This document shows, piece after piece, positions 36,633 to 45,406 of a stretch of DNA of 64,000 nt. Origin of the DNA: Rhodothermales bacterium (GTDB lineage: Bacteria; Bacteroidota; Rhodothermia; Rhodothermales; VXPQ01); the NCBI GenBank assembly GCA_951812335.1, contig OX638293.1, positions 2,523,175 to 2,587,174 of the forward strand. Reading direction: 5' to 3'. A program made the position numbers and the translations under genes. A model generated the notes under the pieces. That model was given only the letters and a program-made list of their open reading frames with translations, did not search any database and was not told the DNA's origin. Each line of letters begins with the position of its first letter. The first letter of the stretch is position 1.

Positions 36633-38948
36633 TTAAAGACGGTACGTGTAGTTGAGTTTGAGCGAGGCGCCTCGCGACAACGTGATCAGATCGCGGTCTT
36701 CAAACAGGTCGGCGCCCATATTCCGCCAGTTGTGCCGGTACACGAGAAAGATGTTCGAGCCCGGCTTTACGATCCAGCGCAGACGCGCAAAAAGACCTGC
36801 CAGGTCGCTGACTTCATCATACTGGATCTGCAGCCTTGCGGAAACCGATGGCGTCGGGTCCCAATCGGTTTCGATCTCATAGACGTTGGCAGTGAAGTTG
36901 CCCTGGGGCAGCATCACATCGTTGTACCCGACGTTTGTCCCGATACTGACGCCGGCGTTCGGACGAAACGTCATGCGTATGGAGGCCTCCTTGCTGGAAC
37001 CGTTCCAGAAATCGCCCCACTCCACGTTCCCATATACCGAGATCTTCCTCCTGCCCGCGGTGTATCCCTCGACCGTATACCGCTGCACCGTATACCCGTC
37101 GGGCGAAATCTCTATCCCGTCGCCGACCTCAAAAGCAAGGTCGAGTTTTTCAAAGCGCTGCGTAAAGCAGAAAGACACATTATCCCCGCTTTCAAACTCA
37201 ATCCCTAGCAATTCCACATCCCATTCCCGTTCTTTGGGAATACCCGTGTCCATTGCGACCAAATGCCGGTATTGCACGCCAAAGCGAAGCTGCCGTATCT
37301 GCTCTATGTTGCCGGGCCGTGGTCTCCAATTGATGCGCGGCTCGACGCGACGAAAATTATTGCGCTGTACAAAACCCGCCCGTGGACGGTAATCTGCGCC
37401 GAACTCCCGATAGGAAATGTGGCCGGACCATATGTCATTGGGAAAGTTGAAGCGGAGGCCGCGTGCGGTCAAGTCGTTCAACGAGTTATCCGTATTCGGA
37501 TCGATGTTGGAATTCCCTACGGCAAAGACTTCGAGTTCCGCATTTTTATCCCCGAAAAAGCGCCGGGTGGCGAGCTGCATATCCACACCGAACGTGTGTC
37601 CGGTTTCGGGGGCAAAACTTGTCGAGTCTTCCGAGGCGGCAAAGCCTGTATGGTTTTGCGAGGTGGCGCGGCGCGTATAGATGGCCCCGATCGTAGATTG
37701 TTCGAAAATGGGATGCCGGACGCGGGCAACGGTAAACTGTTCGGAAGGAATCGCTACATCTTCTCCGTCTTCGGCACGGTATCGATCATCGCCGACGCCT
37801 ACCTGAAAAAATCCCACATCGGTCCGACCGACCTGCCCCGTCATACGGACGCCGTAGTCGATAGGGACAGGACGCCCGCCCACCAAACCAATGTTGCGCG
37901 AAAAGAACGGGGTGGGGTTGCTGCGGGGGGCGAAAGAAAAAATGCCGGCCCCTTCCAGAAAGAACCCGCGCTGCTCCGGAAAACGAAGCGGGAAGCGTGT
38001 CAGGTTTACGCGCCGCCGATCCGCCTCGACCTCGGCAAAATCGGTATTGAACGACAGAGATGCACGCAGGCTTGGCGTAACGCTGTAGTTGAGATCCAGA
38101 CTGACATCGCCGGGGTACGTCACAGGATCGGCGTTTTCGGGTACGTTGCGCCAGCCCCCGATCACCGAAGGAACTCCCTCGAGCCCGATCCCCTGAGAGA
38201 TATCCCGAAGCCCGACAAGCCGGCCGGCGTAGATCGGGCGCAGCAGTCCTTCGTTTCGGCGCCACCCCCGCCATAGTATTTCTTCGTTGGTGCGCTGGAT
38301 CGTGCGCTGGAAATTGATTCCCCATTCGTCCGACCCCGGATCGAAGTTCAGCGTCCGAAAGGGTATGCTGACTTCCAGTGACCACCCGTCGGGCCGCCGG
38401 GCCGTGCGCACGTCCCAGATGCCGTTCCACGCGCGGCCGATGCCGAAATACGACTGGCTGCCTCCAATAAGGAGCGCATCGCCCCGCATGCCGTTGGGAT
38501 TCGTCTCGAAAAAATACCCTGTGCGTCCGCCCCGGAAGGTGTCCAGTATCCACATGAACCGGTCGTCCGTGTACAGAAGCGCGTCGCGCCGCTTCTGATA
38601 GGCAATGATGCCTTCGGGATCGTCGTACAGAATCGCCCCGATGTACAACCGATCCTGGTCGTAGACGATCCGTATTTCCGTGGGATGCGAGGGACTGCCC
38701 CCTTCAACCGGCTCCTGCTGTGTGAAGTCGGCGATCGGAATGGCCTGATTCCAGGCATCCTCTATGATCCGTCCGTCCAGGTCGATCCGGTCGTCGTCGG
38801 CAAGCCGATGCGCTTGCAAAACAGGAGACTCGTCATTCGTGGATTCCTGAGCAAACGCCAAGGCCGGCAAGCCTGCGAGTACGCACCCGGCCAGCAGTAA
38901 GACGAAACCGGGAAGGCGCTTCAGCGAGGAATGCGGACGAGCGATCAA
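36633..38948 (-). CDS. DUF5916 / CBM9-like carbohydrate-binding outer-membrane protein
   Basis: 771 aa. Signal peptide, then an N-terminal CBM9-like block (IDLDGRIIEDAWNQAIPIADFTQQEP), followed by a long beta-rich region ending ...LKLNYTYRL. Confidence 0.65.
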   Translation of the reverse strand: MIARPHSSLKRLPGFVLLLAGCVLAGLPALAFAQESTNDESPVLQAHRLADDDRIDLDGRIIEDAWNQAIPIADFTQQEPVEGGSPSHPTEIRIVYDQDRLYIGAILYDDPEGIIAYQKRRDALLYTDDRFMWILDTFRGGRTGYFFETNPNGMRGDALLIGGSQSYFGIGRAWNGIWDVRTARRPDGWSLEVSIPFRTLNFDPGSDEWGINFQRTIQRTNEEILWRGWRRNEGLLRPIYAGRLVGLRDISQGIGLEGVPSVIGGWRNVPENADPVTYPGDVSLDLNYSVTPSLRASLSFNTDFAEVEADRRRVNLTRFPLRFPEQRGFFLEGAGIFSFAPRSNPTPFFSRNIGLVGGRPVPIDYGVRMTGQVGRTDVGFFQVGVGDDRYRAEDGEDVAIPSEQFTVARVRHPIFEQSTIGAIYTRRATSQNHTGFAASEDSTSFAPETGHTFGVDMQLATRRFFGDKNAELEVFAVGNSNIDPNTDNSLNDLTARGLRFNFPNDIWSGHISYREFGADYRPRAGFVQRNNFRRVEPRINWRPRPGNIEQIRQLRFGVQYRHLVAMDTGIPKEREWDVELLGIEFESGDNVSFCFTQRFEKLDLAFEVGDGIEISPDGYTVQRYTVEGYTAGRRKISVYGNVEWGDFWNGSSKEASIRMTFRPNAGVSIGTNVGYNDVMLPQGNFTANVYEIETDWDPTPSVSARLQIQYDEVSDLAGLFARLRWIVKPGSNIFLVYRHNWRNMGADLFEDRDLITLSRGASLKLNYTYRL

Positions 38949-39123
38949 AACGGGGGACGCTTTGCAAGCGTTGGGAGCAACGCCTAAATATAGTATTCGT
39001 CCGACTTACGTTCGGGCTCTTTAATCACTACAGGCAAAGGCGCCTGAAAAAATTCTTTACGCGGATCGATGCGAAATTTTTAAAATGCTTCATGGGCCTG
39101 GATTTCGGCAATGTCCTATTGCA

Positions 39124-39134
39124 GGATACTCCGA
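39124..39134 (-). repeat. dispersed repeat, core variant (TCGGAGTATCC on the minus strand)
   Basis: About 73 nt upstream of the fucD ATG. Shares the 14-mer GAGTATCCTGCAAT with the copy at 58938-58951. Confidence 0.5.
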
Positions 39135-39206
39135 CACAGCATTCGGAACCGCAGCCCGGAGCCGCCCATACTTTACTCCCCCACAAAAAGAATACCCCCT
39201 CGCCCC

Positions 39207-40499
39207 ATGCGCATTACCCATGTAGAAGCCCGGGATATCCGGTTTCCCACCTCGCGGATGCTGGACGGATCGGATGCGGTGAATGTCGATCCCGATTACT
39301 CCGCCGCATACGTTACCCTCCGAACCGATCAGGACGGTCTCGAAGGCAACGGCCTTGCATTCACCTGCGGGCGCGGGACGGAAATCGTGGTCGCGACGAT
39401 CCGGGCCTTTACGCCGCTTGTCGAGGGACTAACCCTCGACGAAATCCGCGACGACATGCTGGGGTTCTGGCGGCGCCTGACCTCGGATAGCCAGATGCGG
39501 TGGCTGGGACCGGAAAAGGGAGTGATTCATCTTGCCACGGCAGCCATTACCAATGCCGTATGGGACCTGCTGGCCCGCTGCGACGAGAAACCGCTGTGGC
39601 GGTACTTGCTGGATATGCCTGTGGAGACGCTGGTGGCGTGTATCGAATTCCGGTACGTCACCGACCTGATTACGCCGGAGGAAGCGACGGATATGCTGCG
39701 GGCGCTCGCGCCTTCCCGCGCCTCCCGACTCGACGACTTGCATAAGAACGGATATCCCGCCTATACGACCAGCGCCGGCTGGCTGGGCTACTCCGACGAA
39801 AAGCTCCGTAAGCTATGCCGCGAAGGCGTTGCGCAGGGGTGGACCCGCTTCAAACAGAAGGTTGGCGCAAATATCGAGGACGACCGGCGGCGGGCGCGTA
39901 TTATCCGGGAAGAGATCGGGAAGGACGGCATCCTGATGATGGATGCGAACCAGTACTGGAACGTGGACGAGGCCATTCGCCATATGAACCGCTTGCGGGA
40001 GTTCGATCCGTACTGGATCGAGGAGCCGACCAGCCCGGACGACGTGCTGGGGCATGCCGCCATCGCCCAGGCTCTCCGGCCCATTCGCGTCGCGACCGGC
40101 GAACACGCGCAGAACCGTGTCCTGTTCAAACAATTCCTGCAGGCGGACGCTATCGGCGTGTGCCAGATCGACGCCTGCCGCCTGGGCGGCGTGAACGAGG
40201 TATTGGCGGTGCTGCTCATGGCTGCAAAATGCGGCGTACCGGTGTGCCCCCATGCGGGGGGCGTGGGCCTGTGCGAATACGTACAGCACCTGTCCGTTTT
40301 CGATTACGTGGCCGTAAGCGGGGAGCTGGAGCACCGCGTGCTGGAGTATGTGGATCACCTGCACGAGCACTTTGTCCATCCCGTAACGATCAAAGACGGG
40401 AACTACGTCGTGCCGGAAACGCCCGGCTACAGCATCGCGATGCACCCGGCTTCGCTCGACCGCTACGAGTATCCCCGAGGAGCGGCCTGGAAACAATAG
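39207..40499 (+). CDS. fucD: L-fuconate dehydratase (enolase superfamily, mandelate racemase subgroup)
   Basis: MRITHVEARDIRFPTSRMLDGSDAVNVDPDYSAAYVTL... with metal-ligand blocks MMDANQYW, IEEP and ATGEH. The overall pattern is as in characterised FucD. The ORF-track frame opens at 39111. Confidence 0.8.
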   Translation: MRITHVEARDIRFPTSRMLDGSDAVNVDPDYSAAYVTLRTDQDGLEGNGLAFTCGRGTEIVVATIRAFTPLVEGLTLDEIRDDMLGFWRRLTSDSQMRWLGPEKGVIHLATAAITNAVWDLLARCDEKPLWRYLLDMPVETLVACIEFRYVTDLITPEEATDMLRALAPSRASRLDDLHKNGYPAYTTSAGWLGYSDEKLRKLCREGVAQGWTRFKQKVGANIEDDRRRARIIREEIGKDGILMMDANQYWNVDEAIRHMNRLREFDPYWIEEPTSPDDVLGHAAIAQALRPIRVATGEHAQNRVLFKQFLQADAIGVCQIDACRLGGVNEVLAVLLMAAKCGVPVCPHAGGVGLCEYVQHLSVFDYVAVSGELEHRVLEYVDHLHEHFVHPVTIKDGNYVVPETPGYSIAMHPASLDRYEYPRGAAWKQ

Positions 40500-40530
40500 T
40501 TACCCGCTGCCGTACTGCCTGCCGATACCG

Positions 40531-40606
40531 GGGCCATAGCTCAGTTGGTAGAGCGCTACAATGGCATTGTAGAGGTCAGGGGTTCGATTCCCCTTGGCTC
40601 CACCAG
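40531..40606 (+). tRNA. tRNA-Ala (anticodon GGC), CCA encoded
   Basis: 73-nt cloverleaf GGGGCCA-TA-GCTC-AGTTGGTA-GAGC-G-CTACA-ATGGCAT-TGTAG-AGGTC-AGGGG-TTCGATT-CCCCT-TGGCTCC-A followed by CCA. It carries the G3:U70 alanine identity pair. Confidence 0.93.
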
Positions 40607-40684
40607 TCCGCCGGGACAAACAGGCGGGGTAAGCGGGTATATCGTATCCGCGACCTTGCAGAACGGCACATCTCCGTTTCCCGC

Positions 40685-41137
40685 TCACTCGTCATCCACA
40701 CCCGGATCTTCCTCCGTTTCGAGGAAGCGGGAAGCAAGATCCGGCGGAGGCGCCGAGCACGAAGCGCTTCGACCGAACCAGCGATAACGGTTACGAACAA
40801 GAAAACGGTAGGCCGCGTCTCGCAGCGGTCGGGGAATAATTTGCGCAAGGACGAGCAGGGACCAGGGAAAGCGCAGGTACCGGGCGATACGAAGGTTGGC
40901 GGTAGAATCGGTATGGATGCCGTTTTCGTCCACAAACACTACGCTGTCGGGAAGCGTTTCAAACTCGATTCCGGGGTCGGCCAAAGCGATAATGCGGCGG
41001 GCCGCAGGAGACCGGAGACGCGCAAAATGAAGCCGCTTGTGTTTTTCTCGTGATGCGGTCCAGCGAACGGCCGTGTTGCAGAAGTTGCACTCGCCGTCAA
41101 ACAGGATAACGGGGCGGGGATCGTCCATGGGGTCCAT
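40685..41137 (-). CDS. thiol-disulfide oxidoreductase DCC family (DUF393)
   Basis: ILFDGECNFCN motif near the N-terminus. The ATG at 41137 lies 1 nt after the upstream stop. The ORF opens at 41251. Confidence 0.7.
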   Translation of the reverse strand: MDPMDDPRPVILFDGECNFCNTAVRWTASREKHKRLHFARLRSPAARRIIALADPGIEFETLPDSVVFVDENGIHTDSTANLRIARYLRFPWSLLVLAQIIPRPLRDAAYRFLVRNRYRWFGRSASCSAPPPDLASRFLETEEDPGVDDE

Positions 41138-41138
41138 G

Positions 41139-42044
41139 TCAAGAATCCGGATGCGCCGCATCCGGATTCCACGGTCTGCCGATAGGCGCCCAGGGCGGCG
41201 CCGCTTCCTGCCGCATGGCCCCCAGTTGCTCGATTTCCAGGTCCACGACATAGCCCACCCGGAGATACCTCGGGGGCGTCATGGCCAGCCCGACTCCTTC
41301 CGGCGTGCCCGTGGAAAGAATGTCCCCCGGAAGCAGCGTCATGAAACGGCTCACGTAGCTTACGAGGAAAGGAACGGGAAAGATCATATCTGCGGTCGAA
41401 CTGTGCTGCATCTCCTCGCCGTTGACCGCAAGCCGCATATCCAGATCGTGTACATCGGCGATCTCGTCCGGGGTGACGAGCGCGGGGCCCAGCGGAGAAA
41501 AGGTGTCGCAACTCTTGCCCTTGACCCACTGCCCGCCCCGCTCGATCTGGTATTCCCGCTCGGAAACGTCGTTCATGATCGAATACCCCGCTACATACTC
41601 CAGCGCTTCGCTTTTCGCTACATACTTCGCCCGGCGCCCGATAATCACGGCCAGTTCGATTTCCCAGTCGGTTTTTCTCGAACCGCGCGGCAGTACGATG
41701 GGGTCGAACGGCCCGCTGAGCGACGAGCTCGCCTTCATGAACAATACCGGTTCCTCCGGCACGGCCATTTTCGATTCTTGCGCATGCTTGTGGTAATTCA
41801 GCCCGATGCAGATAATCTTGCTCGGGCGGGCTACCGGCGGCGCAAGACGCACGTTTGCATCGACCCGCGGCGCATCGGCGGCCTTGCCCGCCTCCAACCA
41901 TTTGCGCAACCGGGTGATACCATCCCCGACGAAAAACGCTTCGTCGTAGTCGTTGGCTACGGCAGAGGCGTCCACACGCGTTCCGTCCGGGAGCAAGAGG
42001 CCCGGCTTTTCGGCTCCGAGCGAACCGAATCGAATAAGTCGCAT
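41139..42044 (-). CDS. fumarylacetoacetate hydrolase family protein (candidate 2,4-diketo-3-deoxy-L-fuconate hydrolase)
   Basis: Starts MRLIRFG at 42044. FAH-fold blocks KIICIGLNYHKHAQE, WEIELAVIIG and GDILSTGTPEGVG. The specific role is inferred from the neighbouring SDR and fucD. Confidence 0.8.
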   Translation of the reverse strand: MRLIRFGSLGAEKPGLLLPDGTRVDASAVANDYDEAFFVGDGITRLRKWLEAGKAADAPRVDANVRLAPPVARPSKIICIGLNYHKHAQESKMAVPEEPVLFMKASSSLSGPFDPIVLPRGSRKTDWEIELAVIIGRRAKYVAKSEALEYVAGYSIMNDVSEREYQIERGGQWVKGKSCDTFSPLGPALVTPDEIADVHDLDMRLAVNGEEMQHSSTADMIFPVPFLVSYVSRFMTLLPGDILSTGTPEGVGLAMTPPRYLRVGYVVDLEIEQLGAMRQEAAPPWAPIGRPWNPDAAHPDS

Positions 42045-42076
42045 CGGAATAACGGATAATGGTCGATGATCGCAGA

Positions 42077-42883
42077 TCAGGGACGGAGCAGAATCGTCCC
42101 CCCGTCTATTGGAAAGATCGCCCCGGTAATGAATCCCGCCGCATCCGAGCACAGGTACAGCACCAACTCCGCCACTTCTTCCGGCGTTCCCATCCTTCCG
42201 ATGGGCTGCGCTGCGGCCAGCCGGTCATACATTTCCTGCTCCCTGCCCGGATAATTTTTTGCAAGGTATCCGTCCACGAACGGGGTGTGAATGCGGGCGG
42301 GAGCAATGGCGTTGCACCGTATGCCCTCCTGCAGATAGTCGCAGGCCACGGAAAGGGTCATGGTCAACACGGCCCCCTTGCTCATCGAATAGGCGAAGCG
42401 ATCCGGGATGCCGATGGTCGACACGGTCGAAGCCATGTTTACGATAGCGCCGCCCCGCCCGCACATTTCCTGCACTGCGGCCTGGAGGCAATGGTACACG
42501 CCTTTTACGTTGACCCGGTAGACCCGGTCGAAATCCTCTTCGGCGGTCGTCGCCACGGTGCCGACATGGGATACGCCGGCATTGTTGAACAGCACATCCA
42601 CAGGGGCGAGGTCCCCGGCGATAGCCCGGAAGGTTTCGTGCACGGCCTCCCCGTCGGACACATCGCAGGCATAGAAGGCCGCAGACGAACCCAGGTCGGC
42701 GGCCAGCGCCCGGCCCGCTTCCTCGTTCACATCCAGCAGAGCGACACGGGCGCCTTCCTGCGCAAACAACTCCGCCGTAGCTTTTCCGATGCCTGAAGCC
42801 GCGCCGGTCACCACCGCCGTACGACCCGAAAGCCGCCCTACGGGGCGATTCGCTTCCCGCATATCCGGAGCAGGCTGATTCAT
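42077..42883 (-). CDS. classical SDR oxidoreductase (candidate 2-keto-3-deoxy-L-fuconate dehydrogenase)
   Basis: VVTGAASGIG and the catalytic YSMSK. The specific role is inferred from context. Confidence 0.8.
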   Translation of the reverse strand: MNQPAPDMREANRPVGRLSGRTAVVTGAASGIGKATAELFAQEGARVALLDVNEEAGRALAADLGSSAAFYACDVSDGEAVHETFRAIAGDLAPVDVLFNNAGVSHVGTVATTAEEDFDRVYRVNVKGVYHCLQAAVQEMCGRGGAIVNMASTVSTIGIPDRFAYSMSKGAVLTMTLSVACDYLQEGIRCNAIAPARIHTPFVDGYLAKNYPGREQEMYDRLAAAQPIGRMGTPEEVAELVLYLCSDAAGFITGAIFPIDGGTILLRP

Positions 42884-42909
42884 ATTCCGTTTAGGATCAA
42901 AGTTATCCT

Positions 42910-44376
42910 TTATTCCTCGATGCGGGCGTCAAGCTGGGTCGGATAGGGATCCAACCCGGCCCGATGCTCCGCCACACGCGCGGCAATCTCTTCCAGCACC
43001 TCCGGGTGCTCTGCGGACACGTCGAACCGCTCGGACGGATCGTGCTCCAGATGATTCAAAATAGGCGTGTCGTGAGACACAGGATCGTCCCCGATGTAGG
43101 CCCGCTGCGTGATGAAGTGCGCTTTCCAGGGCCCCACTCGCGCGGCATAAATGCGCGTACCCCGATAGTACAGGATCATGTCGTGAGCATCCTCGTCACT
43201 TCCCCGGAGGATATTTCCAATATCTATCCCGTCGATCGTGCGGTCGTCCGGAACCGGCACGCCCGCCATACCCAGCACCGTGGGAAACACATCCATTGCC
43301 GTCACGAGCGCCGAATTAACCGCCCCCGCCGGGACCGTGCCGGGCCACCATGCAAGCGCAGGCGACCGCATGCCTCCCTCGTAGGTGGTGCCCTTGCCGT
43401 CCCGCAAAAGCCCCGCCGAACCGCCATGCGTGCGGAAAATAAGCCAGGGACCGTTGTCGCTCGTGAAGAAAACGAGCGTGTTCTCCGCAATGCCCTCTTC
43501 TTCGAGCGTCTGCATGACCTGCCCTACGCTCCAGTCGATCTCTTCGATCACGTCTCCGTAGAGCCCCGCCTTGCTATGACCGGCAAACGCGGCGCTTCGG
43601 AAAAGCGGCGTGTGCGGCATGGTGTGCGCCAGATACAGGAAGAACGGCTCCCCGGCATGGTCGCGGATGAAGGCCACGGCCTCCTGCGCATACCGACGGG
43701 TAATCGTTTCCTGGTCAACCGGGCGCTCGATGACTTCCGTATCGCGCAGCAGCGGCACATTCCAGTATTCGGATTTGGGCTCCCAGAATATTTCCTGCCA
43801 TTCGCCGCCTGCCACGCGATCCATGTCGTTGGAATAGGGAATCCCGTACCAGGAATCGAAGCCGTGGTTTGTCGGCAAAAACGGTTCGAGATGGCCGAGA
43901 TGCCACTTCCCTACGATGCCCGTAGCGTACCCGGCGTCCCTGAGCGCTTCCGCGATCGTAATTTCGCGCGCCGGCAGGCCCAGTTTGGAATCCGGGAAAA
44001 GCACCCGGCGCCGGTCGCTGGCCATCCCGCTCCGGATCGGCAGACGCCCGGTCAACAGCGCGGCCCGGCTGGGCGTACATACCGAAGCGCCCACATAAAA
44101 CTGGGTGAACTTCATCCCTTCCGCCGCCATGCGGTCCAGATGGGGCGTGCGGATCGTGGGGTGCCCGTATACCCCGATATCGCCGTAGCCGAGGTCGTCC
44201 GCAAAAATCAGGACCACATTCGGAGGACGATCTTCCTGCGCCGCCGCCGGACGCGCGGAACATGCCGTCAGGCATAGGAAAAATGCAGTACAGGCCAGGC
44301 AGCGAATGGCAAGCGATCGGAATCGAAACGCGAAAAACGCCGGATGGCGCATTGCATCAGGCATCGAAGCGAACAT
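42910..44376 (-). CDS. arylsulfatase A-type sulfatase
   Basis: FADDLGYGD and CTPSRAALLTGR. The start is uncertain: candidate ATGs at 44376, 44364 or 44352, and the ORF opens at 44523. Confidence 0.88.
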   Translation of the reverse strand: MFASMPDAMRHPAFFAFRFRSLAIRCLACTAFFLCLTACSARPAAAQEDRPPNVVLIFADDLGYGDIGVYGHPTIRTPHLDRMAAEGMKFTQFYVGASVCTPSRAALLTGRLPIRSGMASDRRRVLFPDSKLGLPAREITIAEALRDAGYATGIVGKWHLGHLEPFLPTNHGFDSWYGIPYSNDMDRVAGGEWQEIFWEPKSEYWNVPLLRDTEVIERPVDQETITRRYAQEAVAFIRDHAGEPFFLYLAHTMPHTPLFRSAAFAGHSKAGLYGDVIEEIDWSVGQVMQTLEEEGIAENTLVFFTSDNGPWLIFRTHGGSAGLLRDGKGTTYEGGMRSPALAWWPGTVPAGAVNSALVTAMDVFPTVLGMAGVPVPDDRTIDGIDIGNILRGSDEDAHDMILYYRGTRIYAARVGPWKAHFITQRAYIGDDPVSHDTPILNHLEHDPSERFDVSAEHPEVLEEIAARVAEHRAGLDPYPTQLDARIEE

Positions 44377-44479
44377 GGAATCGGCGGAATATTGCTGCAA
44401 GAAAAATTTGAACGGAAGAATATGCTTCCAAGCCCATAGACTTGTGCATAAAATACATGCGGGACAAACGGATTTCGCC

Positions 44480-45139
44480 TTATCCCTCCTTTTTCGCTTC
44501 CGCAACGCTCCGGCACAGCACACGCGCGTTTTCCGTCAGTTTGCCGAAGTTACCTTCTGCGATGGCCTGCTTGTCCAGCAGGGAAGACCCTACGCCCACC
44601 GCCACGGCTCCGGCGCGAATCCAGTCGCCCGCATTCTCCGGGGATACGCCCCCGGTGGGCATCAACTTCAGGTGGGGCATGGGCGCCAGCACCGCCTTGA
44701 AATACGACATCCCCACCACGCCGGAAGGAAACACCTTGACCACATCGGCCCCGGCCTCGGTCGCTTCGAGAATCTCCGTGGGGGAGAAAGCGCCGGGCAT
44801 CGCGGGCACGCCCCGTTCGTGCGCGGCGTCTATGAGTTCCTTCTTGTACACCGGGCTCACCACATACCGCGCCCCCGCGTCGACCGCCCGGTGCACGCCC
44901 GCCGCATCCAGCACGGAACCCACCCCGATCTCGACGTCGCTCATACTCCCCGCCACCTCCGCGATCGCCTGCAAGGCGCCCGGGGTCGTCATGGTGATTT
45001 CAATGGCGGTAACCCCTCCTTCCCGGATAGCGTCCACGACGCGGAGCACATGCGCAGCGTCGGGCAAACGCACCACAGCCACCACGCCGGTGGCGAGAAT
45101 TCGCTTCAGAACCGCTTCGCGGCGATGTACGGCGGACAT
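44480..45139 (-). CDS. eda: 2-dehydro-3-deoxyphosphogluconate / 4-hydroxy-2-oxoglutarate aldolase
   Basis: Starts MSAVHRREAVL at 45139. Blocks VVAVVRL...AIEITMTTPGA and the Schiff-base region VVKVFPSG. The ORF-track frame runs on through the tandem repeat to 45367. Confidence 0.85.
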   Translation of the reverse strand: MSAVHRREAVLKRILATGVVAVVRLPDAAHVLRVVDAIREGGVTAIEITMTTPGALQAIAEVAGSMSDVEIGVGSVLDAAGVHRAVDAGARYVVSPVYKKELIDAAHERGVPAMPGAFSPTEILEATEAGADVVKVFPSGVVGMSYFKAVLAPMPHLKLMPTGGVSPENAGDWIRAGAVAVGVGSSLLDKQAIAEGNFGKLTENARVLCRSVAEAKKEG

Positions 45140-45175
45140 AGTTGATCTCGATGAATTTTCGGATGCAAACCGGAG

Positions 45176-45307
45176 CATATCGCGCAAGACATTGCGCGTC
45201 CATATCCGGAAGCGACAAGGCATTGCGCGTCCATATCCGGAAGCGACAAGGCATTGCGCGTCCATATCCGGAAGCGGCAAGGCATTGCGCGTCCATATCC
45301 GGAAGCG
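45176..45307. repeat. 31-bp tandem repeat, about 4 copies
   Basis: The unit CATTGCGCGTCCATATCCGGAAGCGACAAGG occupies 45190-45220 and 45221-45251 (identical). A third copy at 45252-45282 has 1 substitution. A partial fourth copy lies at 45283-45307, and a degenerate partial copy at 45176-45189. Confidence 0.95.
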
Positions 45308-45406
45308 CCCGGCGCGAAAGCGCAAGATACGGCCTTGCGCCGGGAACCGGAAGAGATAAAGCGGCAATTCGACGGCGCTATCGTCATGGGCAGCCTGCCG
45401 CCGCCG

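Noticed and set aside
40451-40465. CGAGTATCCCCGAGG inside the 3' end of fucD, resembling the dispersed-repeat core
   Set aside because: Only GAGTATCCCC is shared, the upstream TCA is missing, and it lies in coding sequence (RYEYPRG). A match this short may be chance.
45176-45307. Possible CRISPR array
   Set aside because: The repeats are contiguous at a 31-bp period with no unique spacers, there are only about 4 units, and no cas genes lie nearby. This is a plain tandem repeat.
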